64,000 bases of DNA, from positions 124,001 through 188,000 of the IMG/VR virus record IMGVR_UViG_3300034101_004588, one strand, 5' to 3'. Positions 37,707 through 46,878 of the stretch are shown here, piece after piece; positions within the stretch are counted from its first letter, which is position 1; each line of letters begins with the position of its first letter. The position numbers and the translations under genes were made by a program. The notes beneath the pieces were generated by a model. The model was not told the DNA's origin. It was given only the letters and a program-made list of their open reading frames with translations, and made no database searches.

Positions 37707-37777
37707 AGCCTAGTGACAGAATCGAACTGACGTCAGATGATTACAAATCAACCGTTTTACCATTAAACTAACCAGGC
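37707..37777 (-). tRNA. tRNA-Thr(TGT)
   Basis: loop TTTGTAA. Confidence 0.9.
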
Positions 37778-37783
37778 ATAAAA

Positions 37784-37854
37784 TGCGAGTACTCGGTAAT
37801 GCTCCGAGGCCTAAAACTTGGCAAGCTTCCGTTCTACTATTAAACTATACCCGC
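37784..37854 (-). tRNA. tRNA-Gly(GCC), non-canonical T-loop
   Basis: loop TTGCCAA; T-loop AGCATTA. Confidence 0.85.
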
Positions 37855-37942
37855 TTAAATTATATACACCTCTGAGTTACCTCACCCACGGAATTCACGG
37901 TGGTTGTTTTGGTGATTCAGGTTCACCTCCCATAAAACCTTT

Positions 37943-37986
37943 AAAATTAAAAACCCGCTTTCCATTTTATTGGAATAAGCGGGTTT
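37943..37986 (-). terminator. intrinsic terminator of the putative attenuator
   Basis: AAACCCGCT-TATTCCA-ATAAAA-TGGAA-AGCGGGTTT followed by TTAATTTT. Confidence 0.75.
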
Positions 37987-38013
37987 AGTTGACAATAAAA
38001 ATGTACAAACCCG

Positions 38014-38082
38014 CTAGACACTCCAACAAAGTCTTCGTGGACTTGTTGAAATTGCATTGCTGGTTGTTGTATGAATTTTCAT
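38014..38082 (-). CDS. 22-aa leader peptide MKIHTTTSNAISTSPRRLCWSV (not in ORF track)
   Basis: stop codon overlaps AGCGGGTTT, which is complementary to the terminator 5' arm; TAAATA at 38095-38100. Confidence 0.65.
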   Translation of the reverse strand: MKIHTTTSNAISTSPRRLCWSV

Positions 38083-38280
38083 TGAATGTAATATTATTTA
38101 TCTTTTATATGAGAATTTCAAGCAAATTTTATATATTTTTTTAAGATATAAGATTCTTTTGATAGGTGATGTAATTTAATAATGTAATAATCTATTGTTT
38201 CTCCTATCACAATCACTATATTTCCTTTTACAAAAGGTTTTACATCTTCTATAATCAAAGCTTGTTTATATGGAAGATTT

Positions 38281-38466
38281 TTATTCATTAAAAATTTGAG
38301 ATATTAAATCTATTAATCTTTTTTCATTTTTAGTAGCTATTTGTATAGCTGCTAATTGTTTTACTGCTTTTTCTTTAGTCGGAAAGGGTTTTTTACTAAA
38401 ACATTTAGAACTATTTTTTTTACAAACCTTATAACCAGAATTTATTTTACGTATAGTATATGGCAT
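38281..38466 (-). CDS. small basic late protein
   Basis: upstream TAAATA; MPYTIRK...KAVKQLAAI. Confidence 0.55.
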   Translation of the reverse strand: MPYTIRKINSGYKVCKKNSSKCFSKKPFPTKEKAVKQLAAIQIATKNEKRLIDLISQIFNE

Positions 38467-38496
38467 ATTATTATTTATAGTAAAATAGAAAGGAAG

Positions 38497-38952
38497 AGGA
38501 GATGAGGGGACTCGAACCCCTGTCCAAATACTTTACACTAAAAGGTCTACATGTTTAAGTGTCTTTAGCATTTCAGCCACCATACGGTGACGAAGACTTT
38601 AGGCTGCTTGGCGACACTAACCGAGTTTTTAGTCTGCCTATAGACATTACCGCACATCTACAAACGGAGGATTCTTTTTGTTACGTTGATACAGTCCACA
38701 ATTCAACTACCTCTGCATATCAATATAACCTTAGAGGATCTGGTTATAAGGACCTTAGGCTGCTAAGAGATACTCTTCTTCAACACCACCGAGGAACTCG
38801 GAAGCATTGTTGAAGATATACTCGGCTTCAGCCAAGATAGCATCAGTATTATCTTCTGCTTTTAGTTTTTTGATCTGCTTTTTACGAGGCCAGCTGATCA
38901 ACCTCGACATGCACTCTTAGTTTCAACTATTTGTCGAAACCAGTACATCCCC
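38497..38952 (-). ncRNA. ssrA: tmRNA
   Basis: 5' GGGGATGTACTGGTTTCGAC, 3' GGTTCGAGTCCCCTCATCTCC with G3-U70; tag ORF 38859-38755 ending LLAA*. Confidence 0.93.
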
Positions 38953-38965
38953 GAATTTTCAAAGA

Positions 38966-39730
38966 TCAAACTTCCATTGAAGGTATTGAATGTCCACCCA
39001 TAGGATTGCTTGTCGCTTCCTGTGGTTTTGGAGCACCTGCTACTTCGTATATAGATTTTCTAACACTATCTAAATCTGTAATAAAATAATCTGTTCCGTT
39101 TATATTAATAGCTGCAATACTGTCTATGCTAATAATTCTTGGTTCTATTCCTTTTTCCACTCCTTGATAAGATGCTGAACCTTTAGAAGGAGATTTATAT
39201 TGAGATACTTCATCTTTATTGGTTACTTCAAAGTCTGAAGATGAATTGGGATTTTCTTTATTAGCTTTAACCAACACTGGTGAAAAACTAGCAGATATAG
39301 CAACCGGAAGATACCGTAAATAAATCTGTCCTTCTTTTTGGCGCAAAGAGGTACTACCTTCTACATCATCATAAACACTTTTTTGAGCAACAAAATCTGT
39401 TGTTTTTCCTTCTCTTTCTCTTTGACGATTAACAGCTGCTGTATAATCAAAACCAATTTGTCCATTGACTTGAGATACTTTAGCAAAATATGCTTTACCA
39501 TGTTTTAAACCCGGCAAAACAAATGAAGGAGAAGGTGCTTTGTTGCTAGACTCTCTAGTAACTTGAGTAACACTAAAGAAGTTAGTTCCTTTGTGTTTTT
39601 GTTCTACCTCTTTAATAATATTAATCAATTCTGATTTAGTGATATTACCTTGCTTTTCTGGTGTTGATGATATGCCGTAAGCCATTTCGTTGTATACCCT
39701 TTCTAGTAGTATGTGATCTTTATTTTTCAT
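38966..39730 (-). CDS. hypothetical late protein with KDHILLE leader
   Basis: MKNKDHILLERVYNE; upstream TAAGTA. Confidence 0.6.
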   Translation of the reverse strand: MKNKDHILLERVYNEMAYGISSTPEKQGNITKSELINIIKEVEQKHKGTNFFSVTQVTRESSNKAPSPSFVLPGLKHGKAYFAKVSQVNGQIGFDYTAAVNRQREREGKTTDFVAQKSVYDDVEGSTSLRQKEGQIYLRYLPVAISASFSPVLVKANKENPNSSSDFEVTNKDEVSQYKSPSKGSASYQGVEKGIEPRIISIDSIAAININGTDYFITDLDSVRKSIYEVAGAPKPQEATSNPMGGHSIPSMEV

Positions 39731-39751
39731 GATTATACTACTTATACCGGG

Positions 39752-40855
39752 TCAACTCACGCTTAAAGTTTTACCTAATGTCGTAATTGTAGCTTTTTTA
39801 TTAGATACAATAACTGTCTCTACTCCTACATTATCATCATTATAGTTAATAATAGAAAACCCGTTTTGCCAATTGGCAGCAGATGCGTAAATGGGTTTTA
39901 AATCACAAGCACATCCATTTTCATAAACCCTAACAACTTTTTCTTTTTGAGTTCCTATGCTCGGAATTCTTTGAGCTGTCATGCCTGTACGATGAGTGTG
40001 ATTTGCCATAATAGAAGTAAACCATTTTTCAAATAATCCACGAGCAGAATAACCACCATGGCGTCTGACTACATCTCCATGCATAACTATAAAACCTGGA
40101 GCTACTTCTACATAGTCAACTAATTTAACTCTACTCCATTCTTGGGTAGGTAAGAATACAGAAGCATAAGAAAGTTTTTCTTTAATTTCTGCTATATCTG
40201 CTATTTCACCAATACGGTCACTTAGATACCTCCACCATCTTCCTTCGTTTCCGTCACCAGAGTGATTAGCATTTGTCTCATAAATTTTGCTTTGATAAGG
40301 AGCTGTAACATCATGAATCAATTTTAAAAATTTATGATATTGCTCCCTTTCTGCTGATAATGAATAAAAATGTCTTACATCTTTTGGATATCTACTAATA
40401 GCAAACATATCTAAGGTGTCTCCGTTAAGAATAATAGTTTCCGGTTTAACCTCCTGAATTGTTTGAATAAAAATGTCTAAAACATTCCAGTCTTCACTTC
40501 CAAAATGGATATCTCCAATAACCATAGCTGTTTTAGTAGCTTGAGCATTAACTGTTGGTTTTGGAGGAGCTGGATAATGAATAGGAGCCAATTGAGATAT
40601 AAAATCTTTTAAATCTTCAAATCTCTCTTCTTCTTTAATAATAGGAATGTGCAAATATGGCACAGGTGTATCATGTGAAGGAACAATCACAGCTGAAGGG
40701 TTATGTCTCTTGCGATCTGTAACCCAATCCCAAACGGTTGATCTCTTAGCTCCTAAAAGATCGGCTATTTCTTTAAAGGTGTAACCTTCTTGTTTTAGCT
40801 CTTTAGCTTTTGTTTTTAGATAGCTATGCTGTTCTTTATTTTTTTGCATTTTCAT
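39752..40855 (-). CDS. HTH plus calcineurin-like metallophosphoesterase
   Basis: GYTFKEIADLLG HTH; GDIHFG, NGDTLD, ANH, HGD, NHTH. Confidence 0.8.
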   Translation of the reverse strand: MKMQKNKEQHSYLKTKAKELKQEGYTFKEIADLLGAKRSTVWDWVTDRKRHNPSAVIVPSHDTPVPYLHIPIIKEEERFEDLKDFISQLAPIHYPAPPKPTVNAQATKTAMVIGDIHFGSEDWNVLDIFIQTIQEVKPETIILNGDTLDMFAISRYPKDVRHFYSLSAEREQYHKFLKLIHDVTAPYQSKIYETNANHSGDGNEGRWWRYLSDRIGEIADIAEIKEKLSYASVFLPTQEWSRVKLVDYVEVAPGFIVMHGDVVRRHGGYSARGLFEKWFTSIMANHTHRTGMTAQRIPSIGTQKEKVVRVYENGCACDLKPIYASAANWQNGFSIINYNDDNVGVETVIVSNKKATITTLGKTLSVS

Positions 40856-40891
40856 ATGATATATTTTTTATAGGAAAAATCAACTTTTTTA

Positions 40892-41134
40892 TCACCAAAA
40901 CCAAATTTCAACATTTGAAGTATAATGTGGTGGTTTATCTAAACTGGCCATGTCACTGAGTATTCCAGTTGTAAAATATATAGGTGTGTTTTTATATTCT
41001 GTATTATATTTCATTCGAGGGTAATGTTTTACCTTTTTAATACCATTAATATGGGTTGCTTCTATTTCTCCTTCTATTTGTAGATTTTTACATCCAACCA
41101 AAGCCATCATCAACAGGCTTAGAAAAAATTTCAT
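40892..41134 (-). CDS. putative lipoprotein
   Basis: MKFFLSLLMMALVGC signal. Confidence 0.5.
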   Translation of the reverse strand: MKFFLSLLMMALVGCKNLQIEGEIEATHINGIKKVKHYPRMKYNTEYKNTPIYFTTGILSDMASLDKPPHYTSNVEIWFW

Positions 41135-41400
41135 AATTTATATATTTTAACTTTACAATCTTTTGTGCCTTTAATCAACCGGTGATATTCACCTTTTGGT
41201 ATAAAAATCTGCCCTTCAAATTTTTGTGGTAATTTATTATCAAATTGAATTAACCAATCCGTAGATTCTACAGATTCAACTAATCTGTCTTCATCATCAA
41301 AATGCCATTGTAAATCTTCTTCGTCAACTTTTTCGGAAAAATCTCTAACTACACATTTATCTGATAAAAGTTTTTCTTTGAATGGATATTTTTTTACCAT
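41131..41400 (-). CDS. cupin-like protein
   Basis: LQWHFDDEDR...IPKGEYHRLIKG. Confidence 0.6.
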   Translation of the reverse strand: MVKKYPFKEKLLSDKCVVRDFSEKVDEEDLQWHFDDEDRLVESVESTDWLIQFDNKLPQKFEGQIFIPKGEYHRLIKGTKDCKVKIYKL

Positions 41401-41966
41401 GTACGAGATGATTTAAGACCTAACGCTTTACGATATCGATGAATATTACAAGACCAGTAACCAGCTTTTGTTCTGTCTTTTTTCTGAGAACATTTATGTC
41501 TTGCTGTAAACGATTTTGCTCTGGCTTTGCTGGTATTACGTACTCTCATGTTTGGATCACCAAACGTGACTTTTTTAATAGAACCTTTTGGTGTTTTAAC
41601 ATAAACCGCAAATTTTTTAGGACCACCCGGAGTTCGAAATGGTTTATTTAATTTAACCTTTTTTCCATGGTGAACTGCTTCTATCATTAAATCTTCTTCT
41701 TCAAATAAAGGAGCGTCTAAATAAACTTCTCTGCCTTCGTATATAGCCTTTTCCCCGATATCTGTTTCTAAAATTTCTGCATCTTCGTCAGATAATTTTA
41801 ATTCTCCTTTGTAATACAAATTTTTAGCTTCTTTAATAATCTCAAAAAATTTATCTGAATATATTCTAAATACGTTATCGCAGAGAGTTTGATTATTTTC
41901 TATAACATATTGTAACTCTTTTGAAATTTTATTGTCTTGTAATTTAAAATATTCTGAAAATTTCAT
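41394..41966 (-). CDS. large-phage hypothetical protein
   Basis: KKFAVYVKTPKG...VTFGD...FTARHKC...AGYWSC. Confidence 0.6.
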   Translation of the reverse strand: MKFSEYFKLQDNKISKELQYVIENNQTLCDNVFRIYSDKFFEIIKEAKNLYYKGELKLSDEDAEILETDIGEKAIYEGREVYLDAPLFEEEDLMIEAVHHGKKVKLNKPFRTPGGPKKFAVYVKTPKGSIKKVTFGDPNMRVRNTSKARAKSFTARHKCSQKKDRTKAGYWSCNIHRYRKALGLKSSRTW

Positions 41967-42001
41967 TTTGTTTATTTTAAAATAAATCTATTAATAAGCA
42001 C

Positions 42002-42202
42002 TTATTTCTTTTTACCCCAGTTTTTAGCTCCTTTTTTGCGACATTTTGCTAAAGCTCCTGCTGCATAATAAGAAGGCCATGCTCCAGATTTTTGGTATTT
42101 TCTTTTTACTTTTTTATAACAAGCATCTTTTTCTTCTAAAACTAATTTTATTAGGTTATTTAAATTCATTATGATTTTATTAAATTTGCTTGTGCTGTCC
42201 AA
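42002..42202 (-). CDS. small basic protein
   Basis: LVLEEKDACYKKVK...KCRKKGAKNWG. Confidence 0.5.
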   Translation of the reverse strand: MDSTSKFNKIIMNLNNLIKLVLEEKDACYKKVKRKYQKSGAWPSYYAAGALAKCRKKGAKNWGKKK

Positions 42203-42771
42203 AAATAGGTTTCTCCAGTGGCTCCATTAACTTTTATCCTAAAGAAATTTGGAGAATCAACAACTACATTAGCATCTACTGACGTGTTGTCTCTGGCATG
42301 TATTATCTTAGTAGGAGTGCCTACTAGTTCTGTAATAGATCCAGATGTTGATCTTCTTTTAACGGATCCGGAGAATTCAAAAAAAGCAGTATCTCTGCTA
42401 CTAGCACTACTACGACCTATAAGGTGTATTTTATAATTCCAGGAATCTCCTAAATTTAAAGTCATGTCTGCTCCGTCTTTAGTTAATAAAGTAGTTAAAG
42501 TTGTTCCTGTAGCTGAACCTCTTAAAATTAAAATTTCTGATACATAAGTAGCATCACCAAAAATAACCGGGGTTTCTGCGTATAAAGTTCCATCTACAGT
42601 TAAATCGTTTTTAATTTCTGCATAAGGAAGATTTAAAAATACTGTAGATAAAGCAATTTTAAAGGTGTCTGGATTATCAAAAGTTCCAAAATTTGCTGGG
42701 ATAACCCCTGTATTAAAAGCATTACCTATATAAGGAGGTAATTGACTAATTTTTTTAGATGCTGTAGCCAT
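42169..42771 (-). CDS. putative virion protein
   Basis: MATASKKISQLP start, beta-rich; upstream TAAATA. Confidence 0.5.
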   Translation of the reverse strand: MATASKKISQLPPYIGNAFNTGVIPANFGTFDNPDTFKIALSTVFLNLPYAEIKNDLTVDGTLYAETPVIFGDATYVSEILILRGSATGTTLTTLLTKDGADMTLNLGDSWNYKIHLIGRSSASSRDTAFFEFSGSVKRRSTSGSITELVGTPTKIIHARDNTSVDANVVVDSPNFFRIKVNGATGETYFWTAQANLIKS

Positions 42772-42780
42772 TATTAATAT

Positions 42781-43164
42781 TTATGGACGTTGAGGTGGAT
42801 AATCTTTATGATATCGTTCTAAATATGTAGTTCTTTCTGATATTTGATCTAATTGTTTTTGTAAGCCAGATACTACTGTATTGTAACCCTTCAACTGTTC
42901 TGCATATACTAACTGGGTTTGCATTATATTTTCCAATTTGCTTTGAGTTAATTCAAATTGAGTTTGTAAAAAATTTTCTTGTTTGTCTAAATAGGTTTGA
43001 AATTTATCTTGTCTCAAATAAGTGGATTCCATCCACAGTGTATAATACCCAACAGCTAAAAAGGTTATAATAACAAAAATAGGTTTGATTACAACACTAA
43101 TAAAAGCTCGATGACGAGTTTCGAATTTATTAAATTTGGATATAAAATCTGATGATTCACTCAT
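42781..43164 (-). CDS. TM plus coiled-coil protein
   Basis: one TM then heptads. Confidence 0.5.
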   Translation of the reverse strand: MSESSDFISKFNKFETRHRAFISVVIKPIFVIITFLAVGYYTLWMESTYLRQDKFQTYLDKQENFLQTQFELTQSKLENIMQTQLVYAEQLKGYNTVVSGLQKQLDQISERTTYLERYHKDYPPQRP

Positions 43165-43351
43165 ATACTTCTAACAAAATATACTTATAAATCGTTTATC
43201 CAGATTTATTTAAAAATTTAAAAATTTAAAAAAATTCTTAATTTTTTCTTTAAAAGAAGTTTTTTTATTTTTCTTAACAGTCTTTTTAATAATGATTTCT
43301 TCTGTTACTGTTTTTCCATCTCTATAGGTTCTTTTTTTGCTATATTTCATA

Positions 43352-44173
43352 TTAATTTCTGTATTTAGCTCCAGTTTTAAAAATTTTATTTATTTTATTA
43401 ATGATAGTTTCGTCTTTTTCATCCGAGATTTCTTTTTTATTGTTTCTATTAATTGCTATATTATAAGCCAAAACCAAAGCGATTGCTAAAGGATCAAACA
43501 CAACAATAATTGCCAAGGTAAACCATTTAACAATTGTGTTGATGTCTGTTCCGAAAAGTTCTGCTGCATATTTGAGAGTTCCAATATCTTTTTGTTTTCC
43601 GCTTTGTTTTTGTGCTTCCAATGTTTGCAAATCGAGAGCTTTAATTTCATCAAATATCTGATTCATTCTTCCTCTAGCTTGTGATATTTCTTCTCCTGCC
43701 GCTTTAATGTCTTCATAGACAGGTGCTGCTGCTCTACGAGACATTGATGGAAGTCTTTGTTCTTGTGAAAGGCGAGATTGATTTAATGTTTCAACCCGCG
43801 TGTTTAATGATTCTAATTCCTTTTCTAGTATCGCTTTTTGCGATACCAAAAATTCTTGTTGTGTTTCTGCTTGAGAATATTCAATAAGACTTGTTTGATA
43901 TGCGGATGTCAAAAATCCAAAAATACCCATTGATGTAATTCCCATCAAAGTTAAAATGGCAACAAGAATATAAGTTTTTAACAACAGATTAGTCTTGTGC
44001 CAATATCGATAAAGAAAACTTGTTGCTACAAGCTTACCGACTTCCAAAGCTCCTGCCATGACAAGAACAGAAATAAATGCTCCTGCATAGAGTGTAGCAA
44101 TACCATAAACGGAAAAATATGCTGCAACACCAGCAATAACAAATGCGGTTAACGCTAAAATACCTACGAACAT
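43352..44173 (-). CDS. membrane protein with coiled coil
   Basis: AAYFSVYG, LEVGKL, TSMGIFGFL, VFDPLAI. Confidence 0.6.
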   Translation of the reverse strand: MFVGILALTAFVIAGVAAYFSVYGIATLYAGAFISVLVMAGALEVGKLVATSFLYRYWHKTNLLLKTYILVAILTLMGITSMGIFGFLTSAYQTSLIEYSQAETQQEFLVSQKAILEKELESLNTRVETLNQSRLSQEQRLPSMSRRAAAPVYEDIKAAGEEISQARGRMNQIFDEIKALDLQTLEAQKQSGKQKDIGTLKYAAELFGTDINTIVKWFTLAIIVVFDPLAIALVLAYNIAINRNNKKEISDEKDETIINKINKIFKTGAKYRN

Positions 44174-44186
44174 AACTATCTAATAT

Positions 44187-45773
44187 TTATCTGCTAATCT
44201 CTTCCCAGTCCAAGGAACCATATACATCATCTCCATCACCATTAGATGCCATAACAAGTGATAATTCAAAAGGAGTACCCGTTAATCCGTTTCGTTCTAG
44301 TTGAAACTTAAAAATAGCTTCTTTAAGAATGTCTATTTGTCCTTTAGCAAAGTTATTAGTAATAAAATAACCACTTGCTAAAATTCTTCCTTCTGAAATC
44401 CCTGTGCCTGTTAAATTATATTCAACAGCACTATCTACTCCTGCACTCAACCATGTTCCTCCCGTTGTAGTAGTATTTGATCTTATCTGCCAATTGTATA
44501 CACCATCACTTGAACCTATAACAGAAATTGCTGTAGGTACTACAATAGCATCTAGACTGTCTGTTCTCAATTTTAAAGAGACAACAGGGTAGTAAGTTCC
44601 TGCTGTGGTTAATTCTTTTCCTCCTCCTGTGATTGCAGTTCCCACGGCTTGTTGCAACCCTCTAAGTTCATACCCTCCTTCTGAAATTACACTGGAACAT
44701 ATTTGTTTCAATGTATTAGAGCCATTTGTGGCTGCTTTGTTGACGATCTCATATCTCAGAGGCAATGAAGCTGTGGTGATGTAAGTTGAATCGATAAGAT
44801 TAGCATGATGGAATGAATGACAAACAATAAACTGACCATTAATTACAAATCCTGTTCTTGCTGTTCCTACACCAAGCCATTCAATATCCATCCAAAAAAT
44901 TTGAGCCTTGGTTATATCTAAAACTATACCAGAGGCTCCAGTTCCATCCAATTTGTCTCCGTTCCAATTAGATCGAAGAACTACGGTATCCACAACGGAA
45001 CCTGATATAAAAGATCTTTTAACCAGACCAATATTATCATCATCTAACTGGAAATAAAATCCATTTTGACTTCCGAAATACCCCACTCTTTGTCTTAAAT
45101 TTGTGGTAGAAGAAGCCATGACAAAAGTATTCATGACTAGCAAAGACTTGCCTGGTTGATAAGCAAATACTTTTGTTGTTTCTCTAATTGCACTAGCTCC
45201 TGACGCATTGGTGACATTTAACTGCATCAATCCCTGTGATGCGTTGAATGAAACTGAACCTCCATTTGCTGATAATGTAGCCCAAAGATTATTATCTTTG
45301 TAACGATGTGAAGAATCAAACAAAGTCATAGGGGTAGACATTCTCAATCTTCCAAAAGCATCAAGCTGTGTTGGTTCTGGTCTTGTTATACTTGTTACGG
45401 TATTTGTAACTTTAACATTTAAAGAAGATGTTGGTGCAAAAACTGTAGCAAAATTTCCATCTTTATCACCAATGGTAATATCATCAACAGATGATTCTAA
45501 ATCTTGGGATAAAACTCTTAATGCATTTAATCCATCAGATGTTGTTACATCGGCTCTTAAATTTGAATTCCAATCTTTGATTTCGACTGCACCTATATCA
45601 ACATTTCCAGCAGATAGTGAAATAGTTAAATCATCAAAATTTGTTATATAAGACGCCTGTGCAAACAAATCACGATTTGCATTGTTTCCTACTTCTACCC
45701 AAGAATTGTTGTATCCGACATTACAATTTATAGGAGCAGATGAAACTGTATTTACTAAACTATATGACATCAA
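44187..45773 (-). CDS. putative virion structural protein
   Basis: LDAFGRLR...YQPGKSLL...QRVGYF...DIEWLGVG...SLPLRYEI. Confidence 0.65.
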   Translation of the reverse strand: MMSYSLVNTVSSAPINCNVGYNNSWVEVGNNANRDLFAQASYITNFDDLTISLSAGNVDIGAVEIKDWNSNLRADVTTSDGLNALRVLSQDLESSVDDITIGDKDGNFATVFAPTSSLNVKVTNTVTSITRPEPTQLDAFGRLRMSTPMTLFDSSHRYKDNNLWATLSANGGSVSFNASQGLMQLNVTNASGASAIRETTKVFAYQPGKSLLVMNTFVMASSTTNLRQRVGYFGSQNGFYFQLDDDNIGLVKRSFISGSVVDTVVLRSNWNGDKLDGTGASGIVLDITKAQIFWMDIEWLGVGTARTGFVINGQFIVCHSFHHANLIDSTYITTASLPLRYEIVNKAATNGSNTLKQICSSVISEGGYELRGLQQAVGTAITGGGKELTTAGTYYPVVSLKLRTDSLDAIVVPTAISVIGSSDGVYNWQIRSNTTTTGGTWLSAGVDSAVEYNLTGTGISEGRILASGYFITNNFAKGQIDILKEAIFKFQLERNGLTGTPFELSLVMASNGDGDDVYGSLDWEEISR

Positions 45774-46012
45774 TCATACTTAGTTTTAAAGGGTTCCATT
45801 ATTTTTAAAAATTCAGTATTAAAACTTTCTCCTATGGCTTTGTCATATTTATTAATGCGTTTACGCAACATTTTTACCCAACCCGTATTATTAGTTTTTT
45901 CTGCTCTTTTTAAATGTTTAAAAGCTATTTTTTTCTTTGCTCTCCAGAAATTTTTCTTTTCTGATTTGTTTAATTTTTTAGGAGCTGTGCTTCTTTGAGT
46001 AAGTTTTGACAT
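45770..46012 (-). CDS. small basic protein
   Basis: K/R-rich; upstream TAAGTA. Confidence 0.5.
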   Translation of the reverse strand: MSKLTQRSTAPKKLNKSEKKNFWRAKKKIAFKHLKRAEKTNNTGWVKMLRKRINKYDKAIGESFNTEFLKIMEPFKTKYD

Positions 46013-46024
46013 TTAATCTACTTA

Positions 46025-46381
46025 TCAAAGTTTTCCTCCATGGCGATGGGTTGCTTTTTCACCTAACATTTTTGCCCATACTTCTCTGACTTCTTCTCTT
46101 AATTTATCTGCTGAAGGTTCTTTAATAGCTCCTGTTCTAAATCCAGAACAGGTTAAGTAATTTAACAATCGCCTAATACGATAAGGATCTGTTTTATCCT
46201 TTTCAAAATATTCTCTCATACGCTGCACGCATTCAGGTCCATGTTGAGCCCATTTGCCTTTTAACCATAATCTCAATTTTTGCCATTCAGGGTCATCAAC
46301 AACAACTTGAATGTTCATTCCTTTAACCTTTTGAGCCAATTCTTGTACACGAGAATTTAAATTCGCAATTTCTTGTTTCAT
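46025..46381 (-). CDS. hypothetical protein
   Basis: packed ORF. Confidence 0.5.
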   Translation of the reverse strand: MKQEIANLNSRVQELAQKVKGMNIQVVVDDPEWQKLRLWLKGKWAQHGPECVQRMREYFEKDKTDPYRIRRLLNYLTCSGFRTGAIKEPSADKLREEVREVWAKMLGEKATHRHGGKL

Positions 46382-46584
46382 TAATTTATTTTCTTTTCTA
46401 GATTTAAACGACTTTGCATAATCAAAAAATTCTTTTCAATAATGTTCAATTGTTCATCTGCGTTTTCTTCTTCTAAGTCTTCGCAAGTCTTAATAAATTG
46501 TTTAAGCTGTTTAGACAAATCTTTTAATTGATCGTTTAACCATAAAAAGTTTTTAATTTTTAAGTTAGGTGTTTTATATTTCAC
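46381..46584 (-). CDS. hypothetical coiled-coil protein
   Basis: packed ORF. Confidence 0.45.
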   Translation of the reverse strand: MKYKTPNLKIKNFLWLNDQLKDLSKQLKQFIKTCEDLEEENADEQLNIIEKNFLIMQSRLNLEKKIN

Positions 46585-46622
46585 CCTATTAATATAAAAA
46601 AAATAATGAAGAAGTTCAACTA

Positions 46623-46829
46623 TTATTTTTTCTTAAATACTGGAACAGAAGGTGGGCAACAAGTTAAAAATATCATACCCCAAAAAATTCCCAACCCAAA
46701 AGCCATAAATCCAAAAACTGACAACAATACAGTCCATATACAAGCAATATTACCTATTATACCGTAATGTATACTTCCTCCTGCTACAACACCTAATAAT
46801 AAAACCAATGTCGAATAGATTGTCTTCAC
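46623..46829 (-). CDS. small membrane protein
   Basis: hydrophobic. Confidence 0.45.
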   Translation of the reverse strand: MKTIYSTLVLLLGVVAGGSIHYGIIGNIACIWTVLLSVFGFMAFGLGIFWGMIFLTCCPPSVPVFKKK

Positions 46830-46878
46830 ATCTTATTAAATTATTTAGGGGTTTAAACCATCAATTTGATTTTTTTTA

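Noticed and set aside
38559-38813. 84-aa plus-strand ORF
   Set aside because: Antisense to the tmRNA body.
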